Assembly (NCBI GenBank): GCA_963802945.1
Contig: CAWDKY010000015.1
Span: 475,413-539,412 of the forward strand
Direction of reading: 5' to 3'
Source of the DNA: an uncultured delta proteobacterium
GTDB lineage: Bacteria > Desulfobacterota > RBG-13-43-22
DNA length: 64,000 nucleotides
The notes beneath the pieces were generated by a model that worked only from the letters and a program-made list of their open reading frames with translations, had not been told where the DNA came from and did no database searches. Of the stretch, positions 1-10,453 are shown piece after piece. A program made the position numbers and the translations under genes. Each line of letters starts with the position of its first letter. The stretch's first letter is position 1.

Positions 1-515
1 GGCTGTCCATCCTCGGTTTGATGAACAAGACCATCCAGCAGCCCAGGACCAGCATCTCCGATTATGCCCCCAAGATCACCACCATAGAAATCAATCCGGA
101 AAAGATCAGGGAAGTGATCGGCCCGGGCGGAAAGGTCATCCGGTCCATCGTTGCCGAGACCGGGGCCAAGATCGAGGTGGAGGATTCCGGAAAAATCATC
201 ATCGCCTCTTCTGATAGCAAGAGTGTGGATCGGGCCATTGCCATGATCAAAGAGATCGTTCAGGAGGTAGAGATCGGGCAGCTTTACATGGGCAAGGTGA
301 TCAAGATCATGGACTTCGGGGCCTTTGTCGAGGTCTTACCCGGCACCGAAGGTCTGGTCCATATCTCCCAACTGGACAATCATCATGTCAAGAAGGTGAC
401 CGATGTGCTCAAGGAAGGCGATGAAGTCCTGGTCAAGGTCCTGGAAGTGGACCGGCAGGGCAAGATAAGGTTAAGTCGCAAGGCCGCCTTGGGCCAGACA
501 CTTCCCCAAAAAATG
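1..515 (+). CDS. pnp: Polyribonucleotide nucleotidyltransferase (PNPase), C-terminal KH+S1 part; 5'-truncated by the window
   Basis: KH motif [16 protein letters not shown] and S1 domain [21 protein letters not shown]...GKIRLSRK. Reads in frame into the next gene through an A6 run at 508-513. Confidence 0.93.
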
Positions 516-1778
516 ACATCTATAGTCCAAAAAACCGTATTACCTAATGGGCTCCGGATCGTCACCGAGACCCTGCCATATCTATATTCGGTCTCGGTAG
601 GCATCTGGGTGGAAAACGGCTCTCGTGATGAAAGCCCTGATGAAAACGGGATCTCCCATTTTATAGAACACATGATTTTCAAGGGCACCCGTAATCGGAC
701 GGCCCTTATGATTGCCAAGGAGATGGATGCCATTGGAGGAATGTCCAATGCCTTCACCTCTAAGGAACAGACCTGCTTCTATACCCGCGTCCTGGATAAT
801 CATCTGGAGCAGGGGGTCGAAATACTCCTGGATATCTTTCTGAACTCCCTGTTCGATCCCGAAGAATTGGAAAGGGAACGGCTGGTCGTTCTCCAGGAAA
901 TCAGCATGGTCGAAGATACCCCGGATGAACTGATTCATGTGCTTCTGGGAGAAACGGTCTATCAGGGAAACTCTCTGGCCCAGCCGATCCTGGGGACCCC
1001 GGAAACCGTTCAGGCGATTAATCAGCAAAAGATCCTGAATTACCTGGGGCGGTCCTATGGTCCGGAAAAGATAGTGGTGGCCGCGGCCGGAAAGGTGGAT
1101 CATGAGGCCTTTGTAAATCTGATGGCCCCTGAACTGAACAAGATTCAACCCACCACCCCTGTGGTTAACCGACTTGATCCGATCCTGCGTTCAAAATCAA
1201 AGGTGTTTCCTAAAGATTTGGAACAGGTTCATGTGGCCTGGGCCGCCAAGGCCCCGTCGGCCATTGATCCCAGAAGATATGTCATCACCCTGCTGAATGT
1301 CATTATGGGCGGAAACATGAGTTCCCGCTTGTTTCAGGAGGTCAGGGAAAAAAGAGGACTGGCCTATGCCATCTATTCCTTTCTCTCTGCCCACCAGGAC
1401 ACGGGTCTGTGGGGCATCTATACCGCCGTGGCCAAGGAGACCATGACCCAAACTCTGGAAGTGATCGGAGAAGAGCTGCGGAAACTCAAGAAGGGAGAAC
1501 TCGATTCAACGGAACTTTCTGCAGCCAAGGAATTTGTCAAAGGCGGGATCCTCCTGGGGGCCGAAAGCAGCGATAACCGCATGACCCGTATTGCCAAAAA
1601 TGAAATGACGTTCGGCCGGGACCTTACCTTTGAAGAAGTTCTGGATGATCTGAATAAGGTAACCACCGACGAGCTGGTTGCCCTGGCCGATGAGATTCTC
1701 CAGCCTGACCAATTTTCCCTGGTCTCTCTGGGGCCGGTGAACGATGGTGATCTCCCCACTCCGGCCATAGCCCTGTGA
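513..1778 (+). CDS. M16 family zinc peptidase (insulinase-like)
   Basis: LPNGLRIV start, inverted zinc motif [21 protein letters not shown]; usual pnp-M16-dut synteny; ATG at 513. Confidence 0.9.
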   Translation: MTSIVQKTVLPNGLRIVTETLPYLYSVSVGIWVENGSRDESPDENGISHFIEHMIFKGTRNRTALMIAKEMDAIGGMSNAFTSKEQTCFYTRVLDNHLEQGVEILLDIFLNSLFDPEELERERLVVLQEISMVEDTPDELIHVLLGETVYQGNSLAQPILGTPETVQAINQQKILNYLGRSYGPEKIVVAAAGKVDHEAFVNLMAPELNKIQPTTPVVNRLDPILRSKSKVFPKDLEQVHVAWAAKAPSAIDPRRYVITLLNVIMGGNMSSRLFQEVREKRGLAYAIYSFLSAHQDTGLWGIYTAVAKETMTQTLEVIGEELRKLKKGELDSTELSAAKEFVKGGILLGAESSDNRMTRIAKNEMTFGRDLTFEEVLDDLNKVTTDELVALADEILQPDQFSLVSLGPVNDGDLPTPAIAL

Positions 1779-2233
1779 TGACCAAGCTGATCCTTCAAAT
1801 CCGGCGTCTGAATCCTGAAAGAGATAGGGATATTTCAATTCCCAGATACATGAGCCCCGGCTCCTCCGGACTGGATCTGCCGGCCGCTATTGAAAACGAA
1901 ATAACCCTCTCTCCAGGAGAAATCCGCCTGATCCCAACTGGCCTGGCCATGGCCATACCCATTGGATTTGAAGGCCAGATACGGCCCCGCAGCGGACTGG
2001 CCCTGAAACACGGCATCAGCTTGATCAACACTCCGGGCACCATCGATTCCGATTACCGGGGCGAAATCGGACTGGCGGTCATTAACCTGGGGCGAAAACC
2101 TTATACCATACGCCGCGGAGACCGCCTGGCCCAACTGGTGATCCATAAGGTTTATCAGGCCAATATTCAGGTGGTCGAGGATTTGGATCCCACCGACCGG
2201 GCCAACGGCGGCTTCGGCCACAGCGGCATCTAA
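1775..2233 (+). CDS. dut: dUTP diphosphatase
   Basis: Motifs [31 protein letters not shown]. Confidence 0.96.
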   Translation: MMTKLILQIRRLNPERDRDISIPRYMSPGSSGLDLPAAIENEITLSPGEIRLIPTGLAMAIPIGFEGQIRPRSGLALKHGISLINTPGTIDSDYRGEIGLAVINLGRKPYTIRRGDRLAQLVIHKVYQANIQVVEDLDPTDRANGGFGHSGI

Positions 2234-2249
2234 TCCCTCCTTAATTTTT

Positions 2250-2487
2250 TCTTCGAACTCCGAACTCAACACTCCGAACTTCTTCCCCGCCTCATCCCTC
2301 GTTCCTCGTGCCTCATCCCTCATGCTTTTTATCGCCGAACGCTAAACGACTATTGTTTTTTATTTTTCCTTGACTCCCCCCCTTTTTCCCTTTATTTACT
2401 TATAATTATTTTTGGGCCCTCAGTTTTGAAGTTCAAGTTTTTTTTCGCCGAACGACGAATGCTGAACGTCGAATGTCCTTTTAAAAG
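2250..2487. repeat. Short (7-mer-like) tandem-repeat tract; 2420-2487 resembles, in reverse complement, the repeat family at 40.9-44.9 kb
   Basis: cgaactc/ccgaact iterations; reverse complement gives ...cgttcagcattcgtcgttcggcgaaaaaaaaacttgaacttcaaaa, versus gtcgttcgtcgaaaaaaaactttcaaagttcaaaa at ~41012. Confidence 0.5.
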
Positions 2488-2726
2488 TTTCTCACCCATA
2501 TTTGTGAAGCTAATATTTCCTTGCTTTTTGAAGTAAGTTACCCGACCAAAGGGCCGATTGAATGGATAGCTGAACAGATAATCTTTTTTATTAATAAGTA
2601 TTCAGCCTGTTTGTTATTTTAACAAGTTTGTCCCATTGAATAAACGAGAGAAAGAGTCAAGAGCTGACTTGACACATTTTGACCAAAAAGAATCTACACA
2701 GACAAATTCAATAAGGAGGTGCTTAA

Positions 2727-3618
2727 ATGCCCAAAGTAAATGCCAACGGGATTCAAATTGAATATGAAACCTTCGGAAACGCATCAGGCCGACCGCTGCT
2801 TCTGATCATCGGGTTGGGCGGGCAATTGATCCACTGGGACGACGATATTTGCCGAGACTTCGCAAAACGCGGTTACTATGTCATTCGATTTGACAACCGG
2901 GATGTCGGGCTCTCCACCAAATTCGAGGAAGCCGGCGTGCCGGACCTAATGGAAATATTCGGAAAGCTCATGCAAGGGCGAGAAGATCAAGCCGCCATAC
3001 ACAGTGGAAGATATGGCTGACGACGCGGTAGGCCTCCTGGACGCCCTTGGAATTCAGAAGGCCCACATCTGCGGTATGTCCATGGGGGGAATGATCGCCC
3101 AGACGATCGCGATCCGGCATCCTTCCCGCGTCCTGAGTTTGACCTCCATTTACTCAAACACCGGCAATCCGGAACTTCCTCAACCGAAGCCGGAGGTGAT
3201 GGGACTGCTTATCACCCCTCCTCCCATCGAGCGGGAGGCGAACATCGAGCACATGCTTAATGTCTTTAAAACCATTGCCGGCCCTGGTTTTCCAGTGGAT
3301 GAAAAGTGGACCCGCAAGATCCTGGCTGAGGGCTACGACCGCTGCTTTTACCCCCAGGGCGAAGCCCGCCAGCTCGTTGCCATTCTAACGCAAGACAACA
3401 GGGTCCCCGCCCTTGCTTCAGTAAAGGTGCCGACCCTGGTGGTTCATGGAACCAAAGATCCTCTTGTCCCGGTAGAGGGAGGTAAGGACACGGCCAAAGC
3501 GATCCCGGGAGCTCAACTGATGCTGATCGAGGGCATGGGGCACGATCTCCCGCACGGCGGGGCTTGGCCCCGGATCATCGAGGCCATCGTTGCCCACACG
3601 CAAAAGGCCGTTGTTTGA
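2727..3618 (+). CDS. Alpha/beta-fold hydrolase, split by one frameshift near 2975-3005
   Basis: RBS aaggaggt; FDNRDVGLS; nucleophile motif GMSMGG; HGTKDPLVP; GMGHD. The two ORFs (2727-3020, 3004-3618) join into one protein. Confidence 0.88.
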
Positions 3619-3950
3619 TAAGGAAGTTGCTTTTTGACTGACACGTTATGACAGAGGTCTTAGGGTCACCCTTCAAGAGAGCTTTGAAAGGCCTCTCTCA
3701 GGGGGAAAGGCGACCCATTTGTATACGGGGTCAAGGTTCAGGCATTAGTCATTAAGTATTTCCCAGATTCCTTTTTTATCTCTCAATATTAGAATCAATT
3801 CTTTTATCTTGTCGTTATCCTTCGGTCTGATGGTATCACTTGTTGTGGATGACTGCGCGCCTAGGGTCGAGGCGATCCCACAAAACCAATATCCTTTTAT
3901 CGTTAGCCCGAAACACCAAGGCAAACTTTCTCAGGTGACGGGATCTGATA

Positions 3951-3979
3951 AATACCCCCGTGCTCCCGCACGGGGTATT
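3951..3979. repeat. Strong GC hairpin (terminator-like or IS200/IS605-type end)
   Basis: aatacccccgtgc-tccc-gcacggggtatt near-perfect inverted repeat. Confidence 0.55.
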
Positions 3980-4277
3980 AAAAATCAAACACTGACTGTT
4001 TTGGATTTTTCTATGCGTCTTTGATGCTCATATCAAATTATGTCTGGTGTCATCTTCGGTATGACTGGTCCTTTTTATATTTATCGAATTTCCTCTTGAA
4101 GAAGTTGTCACAAGGGAAGGGAGCCAAGCCTCCAACAGGTCTTGAAAGCCGATAAATTTGGTTTGTTTTTTCTTGAAAGAAGCATTATATTCCATAAAGA
4201 ACTCCTGTTGCCCGCTTTGGAGTATCTAATCAACCAGTAACATTCATCAAGGTATTAAAATTCAAAAATAAGGGGGA

Positions 4278-5699
4278 ATGTCTTTGGGTTTTAAAACACC
4301 GAAAATCTCCTATTCGGGAAAAATAAACGAGGTGACCATCGGGAAAGCTTCTACCCTCACTGTTGGGGGAGAGAGTTCTTATCCCTTTCATTTATTTGAA
4401 GGGCAAATGCCGAATCCTCCTAAAATTGCCATGGAAATATGGGACACGCAGCCGGATGACTGGCCAATAACCGCAATGGAGCCTTTTGCCGATGGTCTGG
4501 CTGATCCAGCGGCTTGGGCCAAGAAATGCGTGGAGGAATTTGGAGCGGAAGCCATTGTTATTCAACTTAAAAGTACGGACCCCAATGGGTTGGACAAGGG
4601 TCCGGAAGAGGCCTCGGCCGTTGTCCGAAAGGTTTTAAAGGCAATAAAGGTCCCCATTATCGTCTGGGGATCAGCCAACGAAAATAAAGACACGGATGTC
4701 TTAAGAAAGATCAGTGCGGATTGCGAGGGGGAAAATCTAACCCTTGGGCCGGTGTCCGAAGGAAATTTTAGGCAGATCGGAGCCTCGGCCTTGGGTTATC
4801 ATCATACTCTGATCGCTTCCACCCCGATAGATGTCAACCTGGCCAAGCAATTGAATATCTTATTGGAAAATCTGGGGATCCCCAAAGAAAAAATTATTAT
4901 TGATCCGACTACCGGCGGACTTGGATATGGTCTGGAATATTCTTATTCGGTGATGGAACGGATCCGCATGGCTGCTTTGGCTCAGGAAGACGAAAAACTT
5001 CAATATCCGATAATCAACAACCTCGGCAACGAAATCTGGAAGTCCAAGGAAGCTAACCTTACCCAAGCCGAAGCCCCAACTCTGGGAGATGCTGCCAAAC
5101 GAGGAATCCTTATGGAAGCGGTAGGGGCAGTATCTTATCTCCTGGCCGGATCGGACATTCTGATTTTGAGACACCCCGAGACCGCTAAGCTGGTCAAAAG
5201 GTTAATGGCCCAATTGATTAGCGGGGATTTGGATATGGGCCCATTGGATCTGAAGGCAAAACTTGCTGCTTTAAATGTAAAACCCAAAGGGGATTATCCT
5301 GAAATAACCAAAAAAAAGGCGGCTGCTGTCCAACCAAGAAAAGAAGAAAAGAAAGCGGCTCCGCCTCAAGCCAAGGAGACGGCTCCCAAAGCTGAAGCAG
5401 AGAGAAATGCCAAAGCCGAGGAGAAAGCCATGTCCGAGATTGAAGCCAAGAAAAAAGTAAAGGCTGAAGCGGAGGCTAAAATAGAGGCCGAGAAGAAACC
5501 TAGGGACGAGGCTAAGGCCAAGGCCAAAGCTGAGGAAGAAGCCTTGCAAGCCGCCCGGTCAGCCGAAAGGGCAAAGAGGGTAGTTAGAAAAGAAGCCGTT
5601 TGTAACGAAGAACCGAAAGAGATGAAAGTGGCTGAAATCCAACTTTCTCCGGTGGACAAGCTCTTGGCCAAAATCAATCGGGTGAATAGAAGAAAATGA
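4278..5699 (+). CDS. acsD: Corrinoid Fe-S protein small subunit (ACS/CODH complex delta) with a long Ala/Lys/Glu-rich C-terminal extension
   Basis: DPAAWAKKCVEEFGAE, PIDVNLAKQLN, IDPTTGGLGYGLEYSYSVMERIR, LILRHP. Confidence 0.93.
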   Translation: MSLGFKTPKISYSGKINEVTIGKASTLTVGGESSYPFHLFEGQMPNPPKIAMEIWDTQPDDWPITAMEPFADGLADPAAWAKKCVEEFGAEAIVIQLKSTDPNGLDKGPEEASAVVRKVLKAIKVPIIVWGSANENKDTDVLRKISADCEGENLTLGPVSEGNFRQIGASALGYHHTLIASTPIDVNLAKQLNILLENLGIPKEKIIIDPTTGGLGYGLEYSYSVMERIRMAALAQEDEKLQYPIINNLGNEIWKSKEANLTQAEAPTLGDAAKRGILMEAVGAVSYLLAGSDILILRHPETAKLVKRLMAQLISGDLDMGPLDLKAKLAALNVKPKGDYPEITKKKAAAVQPRKEEKKAAPPQAKETAPKAEAERNAKAEEKAMSEIEAKKKVKAEAEAKIEAEKKPRDEAKAKAKAEEEALQAARSAERAKRVVRKEAVCNEEPKEMKVAEIQLSPVDKLLAKINRVNRRK

Positions 5700-5790
5700 G
5701 AAGGCAGGGGTCAAGGATTCAATCCCGCTGATGGCGGGACTCCTTTTTCATGCTTCGTGGCGCCGACCGCAGGCGGGCATGAGGGTTTAG
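5700..5790. repeat. Intergenic palindromic repeat elements
   Basis: atcccgctgatggcgggac hairpin plus tttcatgcttcgtggcgcc...gggcatgag; relatives at ~18920, ~21878 and ~58321. Confidence 0.55.
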
Positions 5791-5851
5791 ATAGAAGTTA
5801 ATGCGCACCTAAGGCAATCCTAAAGCCGGTTAGTCCAAGGAGGGCACTACA

Positions 5852-7894
5852 ATGGCATCAGAAGAAGTCGAAGAAACATTGACGGTTGGCGCAAAAGAAA
5901 AAAAGAAGATAAGACCTGAAGACCATAGTGTGGATCACGCCACCGTTAGAATGCTTTATAAGGCTCAGCAGGAAGGGGTGTCAACAATCTTTGATCGGGC
6001 TGAAACCATGAAAGCCTGTAAAATCGGCCTCCAGGGGACCTGTTGTAAGATGTGCGCCCAGGGTCCTTGCCGCCTTCCTTTAACCAAGAAAGATCTGGAA
6101 GGAAAGGATACCCGTATGGGCTTGTGCGGGGCCACTCCAGAAACCATCGCTGCCCGGAATTTTTCCCGCATGATCGCTGCCGGGGCGGCCGCCCATTCCG
6201 ATCATGGCCGGGGGGTGGCGGAAGTCTTCCTGGCCGCAGCTCGAAAACAAACTGAGGATTACAAGATTAAAGATGAAGTCAAACTGAAAGAAATCGCCAA
6301 AGATTTTGAGGTGGCCACTACCCTAACCGTCGACGGTGAGGAAAAAGATCGAGACCTTTACGATATCGCCGAAGAGGTCGGCGAAAAGATATTAGGGGAA
6401 TGGGGCAAACAAGAAGGCGAAATCTACTATGCCAAACGCGCTCCCCAGACGCGCTATGCGTTGTGGAAAAAATTGGACGTCATCCCCCGCGGGATCGATC
6501 GGGAGATCGTCGAGATGATGCACCGGACCCATATGGGCGTGGACCAAGACTATGAAAACCTGATGAAACAAGGCTCCCGCACCGCTTTGGCCGACGGTTG
6601 GACCGGCTCCATGATGGCCACGGATATGCAGGATATCCTTTTCGGGACCCCTTATCCGGTTCAAGGTGAAATCAATTTGGGGGTTTTAAAAAAAGATCAT
6701 GTCAATATCATCGTCCATGGTCATGAGCCCCTGTTTGCGGAGATGATCGTCGTGGCCTCCCAGGACCCGGAGATGCTTAAGTTGGCCGCTTCCAAAGGGG
6801 CCAAGGGGATCGTCCTGGCCGGTATGTGCGGTACGGGCAATGAGATCCTGGTCCGCCACGGCATGCCCATTGCAGGTAATTATTTACAGCAGGAACTGGC
6901 CATCATTACCGGGGCCGTGGAGGCCATGGTGGTCGATGTTCAATGCATCATGGAAAATCTGGCAAATGTCGCTGCCTGTTACCATACCAAGCTGATCACG
7001 ACCAACACTCGCTGCAAAATCGCCTCCGGAAATACGGTCCATATCCAGTTTGATGAACACCATGCCCTGGAAGACGCCAAAAGGATCGTCAGAACAGCAA
7101 TTGAGAATTTCCCCAATCGAAGGGCCGAAGTCCTAATCCCCAACGAAAAGGAAAAGATGGTCGTCGGGTTTAGTTATGAAGCCATCAATTACCATCTGGG
7201 CGGCACCTTCCGCGGTTCTTATGTCCCATTGAATGACAACATCATTAACGGACGTATCAGGGGCATCGCCGGAGTGGTCGGCTGTAACAATGCCCGGACT
7301 ATACATGACAGCGCCCACCTGGTCGTCGTTAAGGAACTTTTAAAAAATGATGTCCTGGTCCTGACCACGGGCTGTAATGCCATGGCCTGTGGTAAGGCAG
7401 GTCTGCTTGCACCCGAATCAGCCAAGGTCTATTGCGGCCCGGGCTTGGCTGAAGTCTGTGAGACCGTGGGTCTCCCGCCGGTTCTGCACATGGGCTCTTG
7501 CGTGGATAATTCCCGGATCCTCATGGCCGCCACCGAAGTGGTCAAGGCCGGGGGATTGGGAAACGACATTAGTGATCTTCCGGCTGCCGGCTGCGCCCCG
7601 GAATGGATGAGTGAAAAGGCCATCTCCATCGGGCAGTACTTTGTGGCTTCCGGAGTCTATACCCTTTTTGGGGTCGACCTCCAGGTTGAAGGGGCGCCGG
7701 TCTTTAAAGACTATCTATTTAACGGGATGGAGAAGTTGTATGGCGGAAAATGGGATCTGGTTGAGGATCCCTATGAGATGGCCCGCAAGATGATCGCCCA
7801 CATCAATGCCAAGCGCAAGGCCCTGGGGATTGATAAGGCCCGTGAGCGTGTGCTCATGGATATGTCTGACCGGCAGAAACTGGAAGCGGTTTAA
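5852..7894 (+). CDS. cooS: Anaerobic Ni-Fe carbon monoxide dehydrogenase catalytic subunit (AcsA/CooS)
   Basis: CCKMCAQGPC, GAAAHSDHGR, HGHEP, GMCGTGNE, DVQC, GCNN, TGC, HMGSCVDNSR, APEWMSEKA. Confidence 0.97.
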   Translation: MASEEVEETLTVGAKEKKKIRPEDHSVDHATVRMLYKAQQEGVSTIFDRAETMKACKIGLQGTCCKMCAQGPCRLPLTKKDLEGKDTRMGLCGATPETIAARNFSRMIAAGAAAHSDHGRGVAEVFLAAARKQTEDYKIKDEVKLKEIAKDFEVATTLTVDGEEKDRDLYDIAEEVGEKILGEWGKQEGEIYYAKRAPQTRYALWKKLDVIPRGIDREIVEMMHRTHMGVDQDYENLMKQGSRTALADGWTGSMMATDMQDILFGTPYPVQGEINLGVLKKDHVNIIVHGHEPLFAEMIVVASQDPEMLKLAASKGAKGIVLAGMCGTGNEILVRHGMPIAGNYLQQELAIITGAVEAMVVDVQCIMENLANVAACYHTKLITTNTRCKIASGNTVHIQFDEHHALEDAKRIVRTAIENFPNRRAEVLIPNEKEKMVVGFSYEAINYHLGGTFRGSYVPLNDNIINGRIRGIAGVVGCNNARTIHDSAHLVVVKELLKNDVLVLTTGCNAMACGKAGLLAPESAKVYCGPGLAEVCETVGLPPVLHMGSCVDNSRILMAATEVVKAGGLGNDISDLPAAGCAPEWMSEKAISIGQYFVASGVYTLFGVDLQVEGAPVFKDYLFNGMEKLYGGKWDLVEDPYEMARKMIAHINAKRKALGIDKARERVLMDMSDRQKLEAV

Positions 7895-7900
7895 AAAAAA

Positions 7901-7993
7901 TAGGGTCCGAGGATTCTAGGTTTCAAGGATTCAAGGGTTTTAACTTCTATGCCTTTCACTTGAAATCTTGACCCCTCGACCCCTTGAATCCTA
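7901..7993. repeat. Inverted array of 8-mer-like repeats forming a long intergenic hairpin
   Basis: gggtccgaggattctaggtttcaaggattcaaggg ... cttgaaatcttgacccctcgaccccttgaatcc; relatives at 10288-10387, ~47576 and 58214-58315. Confidence 0.65.
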
Positions 7994-8061
7994 AAAGTAA
8001 TTTTCATTTTTCCTGGTGCTTAGAGAGCTTAACACTTTATAAGAAAGCAGGAACGTGTGTT

Positions 8062-10277
8062 ATGTCTAAATTTATTGCCGATGCCGCTATTCAAGGTGCC
8101 TACAACATCGTTTCCAAAGCGGAGGAGACTTTAATAAAGGCTTTGGGAAAATACGGGCCGGATCAGAAGATCGAGTTTCCCAATACCGCCTATTATCTGC
8201 CGATCATTTATTCCATCCTCGGTTTATCGGTAAAGACCCTTGGCGAAGCCCAAAAACCCATGAAGGTGGCCAGAAAACTCTTGCCTGCACACATCAAGAA
8301 CGAGTATCACTTGCCTTATTTGGGGCCGTTACTCGATGCCGGTATGGCCGCTATTTTTGCCGAAGAGATCTCCGAGGTCATCCGCTATCTTGAAGATCCA
8401 AATTTTTATCTGGTCAGTGAAGATATTGACGAGGCCTCAGGCAGGATCTGGCTGGGTGCGGCCGAAGATACGGTCTTCCGAAAACGAGGGGTGGAATTTG
8501 TGGACGGCACGGCCCCGGGTTTTGCCGCCATTGTCGGTGCCGCCCCGGATCCGGAAACGGCCAAATGGATCGCCGAGGAATATCAGAAAAAAAATCTCTA
8601 TGTCTTTATGTGCGCCAACCAGAACGGCACCACCTTTTCTGAACAACTTCTGGAGGCCGGTGTGCAGATCGGCTGGAATACCCGTCTGGTCCCCTTTGGC
8701 CCGGATATCTCGGCTGCGGTCTTTGCCCTGGGTTTTGCCAATCGGGTGGCCATGGCCTTCGGCGGAATCAAACCCGGCGACTATAAAAAAATGCTGCTCT
8801 ATAATAAGGATCGTATCTTCGCCTTTGTCAATGCCCTCGGCGCCGTCAGTGCCGAATGGGCGGCCAATGCCGCCGGTTGTTTCAACTGGGGCTTTCCGAC
8901 CATCGCCGATACGGACATCCCGGAAATCCTGCCCACCGGGGTCTGCACTTATGAACATTTAGTGGCCAATGTGCGTCATAAGGAAATGCCGCAAAGATCT
9001 ATTGAGATCCGGGGACTCAAGGTCAACGTGGCCAATGTGGATATTCCTTTAGCCTATGGCCCAGCCTTCGAAGGGGAACGAGTTCGTAAGGAAGACCTCT
9101 ATCTGGAAATGGGCGGTGGAATAAGCCAAGCCACCGAACTAGTCCGGATGGCTGATATGAATGCCGTTGAAGATGGGAAAGTGGAGGTCATCGGCCCGGA
9201 TGTTGGTGATATCAAAAAAGGGGCCTCTCTACCATTGGGGGTTATGGTCCAGGTGGCTGGCCGGCAGATGCAGGAGGATTTCGAGCCCATCCTGGAAAGG
9301 CAGATCCATCATTTGATCAACTATGCCCAGGGTGTTATGCACATTGGGCAAAGGGACATTGCCTGGATCCGTGTCGGCGAATCGGCCATACAAAAAGGAT
9401 TCACTCTAAAAGATATCGGGGTCATCCTTCATGCCAAATTCCATCAGGACTTCGGGGCTATCTTGGATAAGGTCCAGGTCACTCTTTACACCAAACAAGG
9501 AAGATGTGGAAAAACTGACTCAGGAGGCCCGTCGGATCTACCGCACCCGGGATGAACGGGTGGAGCAGATGACCGATGAGAGTGTGGAGACCTATTATTC
9601 CTGCACCCTGTGTCAGTCCTTCGCCCCCAACCATGTCTGTATGATCAGCCCAGAACGGACCGGACTCTGCGGGGCCTACAACTGGATGGATTGCAAGGCC
9701 TCTTTTGAGATCAACCCCACCGGCCCGAACCAGCCTGTTTTGAAAGGGGAATGTCTGGATCCGAAGCTGGGCCAATGGAAAGGGGTCAACGATTTCGTCT
9801 ACAAGGCCTCCCGCCAAAACATTGAAGGGCTATAATTTATACAGCCTGGTCTATGATCCCATGACCACCTGCGGCTGCTGCGAATGCATCGCCGCGGTCT
9901 TGCCGTCCTGTAACGGGGTTATGACCGTCAACCGGGAGTATACCGGCATGACCCCTTCGGGCATGAAGTTCACTACCCTGGCCGGGATCATGGGTGGCGG
10001 GGTCTCCACCCCCGGGTTTGTAGGCCATGGTAAGTTCAATATCACTCAAAAGAAGTTCCTTTCCGGGGACGGGGGTCTGCTACGCATGGTCTGGATGCCC
10101 AAACAGCTTAAAGAAGAACTACGTGATCGATTGATTAAACGCGGAGAAGAGCTGGGCTGCCCTAATTTGATAGACCTAATCGCCGACGAAACTGTTGGCG
10201 AGACCGAAGACGAAATCCTGCCCTGGCTTAAGGAAAAAGGACATCCGGCCCTGTCCATGGAATCGATTGTAGGGTAA
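8062..10277 (+). CDS. acsB: Acetyl-CoA synthase (ACS), frameshifted near 9497 and 9825
   Basis: FPNTAYYLP, DGTAPGFA, FEGERVRK, CTLCQSFAPNHVC, PMTTCGCCEC, HPALSM across ORFs 7984-9555, 9431-9835 and 9822-10277. Confidence 0.95.
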
Positions 10278-10287
10278 TGGAAAAAGA

Positions 10288-10387
10288 AGGGGTCTAGGAT
10301 TTGAGGATTCGAGGACCGCAGGGTCGGAGTGAAAGGCATGGAAGTTGACCCCCTTGAATCCTTGACCCCTTGTCTCCTGGAATCCTG
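10288..10387. repeat. Inverted 8-mer repeat hairpin between acsB and acsC
   Basis: ggggtctaggatttgaggattcgagg ... ttgacccccttgaatccttgacccct. Confidence 0.6.
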
Positions 10388-10453
10388 GTACAGTATTTAG
10401 AAAAAAATCCACTCGTGTTTTCGGGTGACACCAATAAAGTTAAGGAGTTTTTC

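Noticed and set aside
3905-3945. Glycine or c-di-GMP-I riboswitch
   Set aside because: Only short partial matches (CACC-AAGGCAAA, TCTCAGG); the other conserved blocks and pairings are missing.
7984-8061. Upstream-extended starts in the ORF track (acsB 7984, acsC 10370, acsE 11861, rplI 47611, NYN 53106)
   Set aside because: The extensions run through intergenic or repeat DNA; downstream ATGs match family N-termini and mostly have an RBS.
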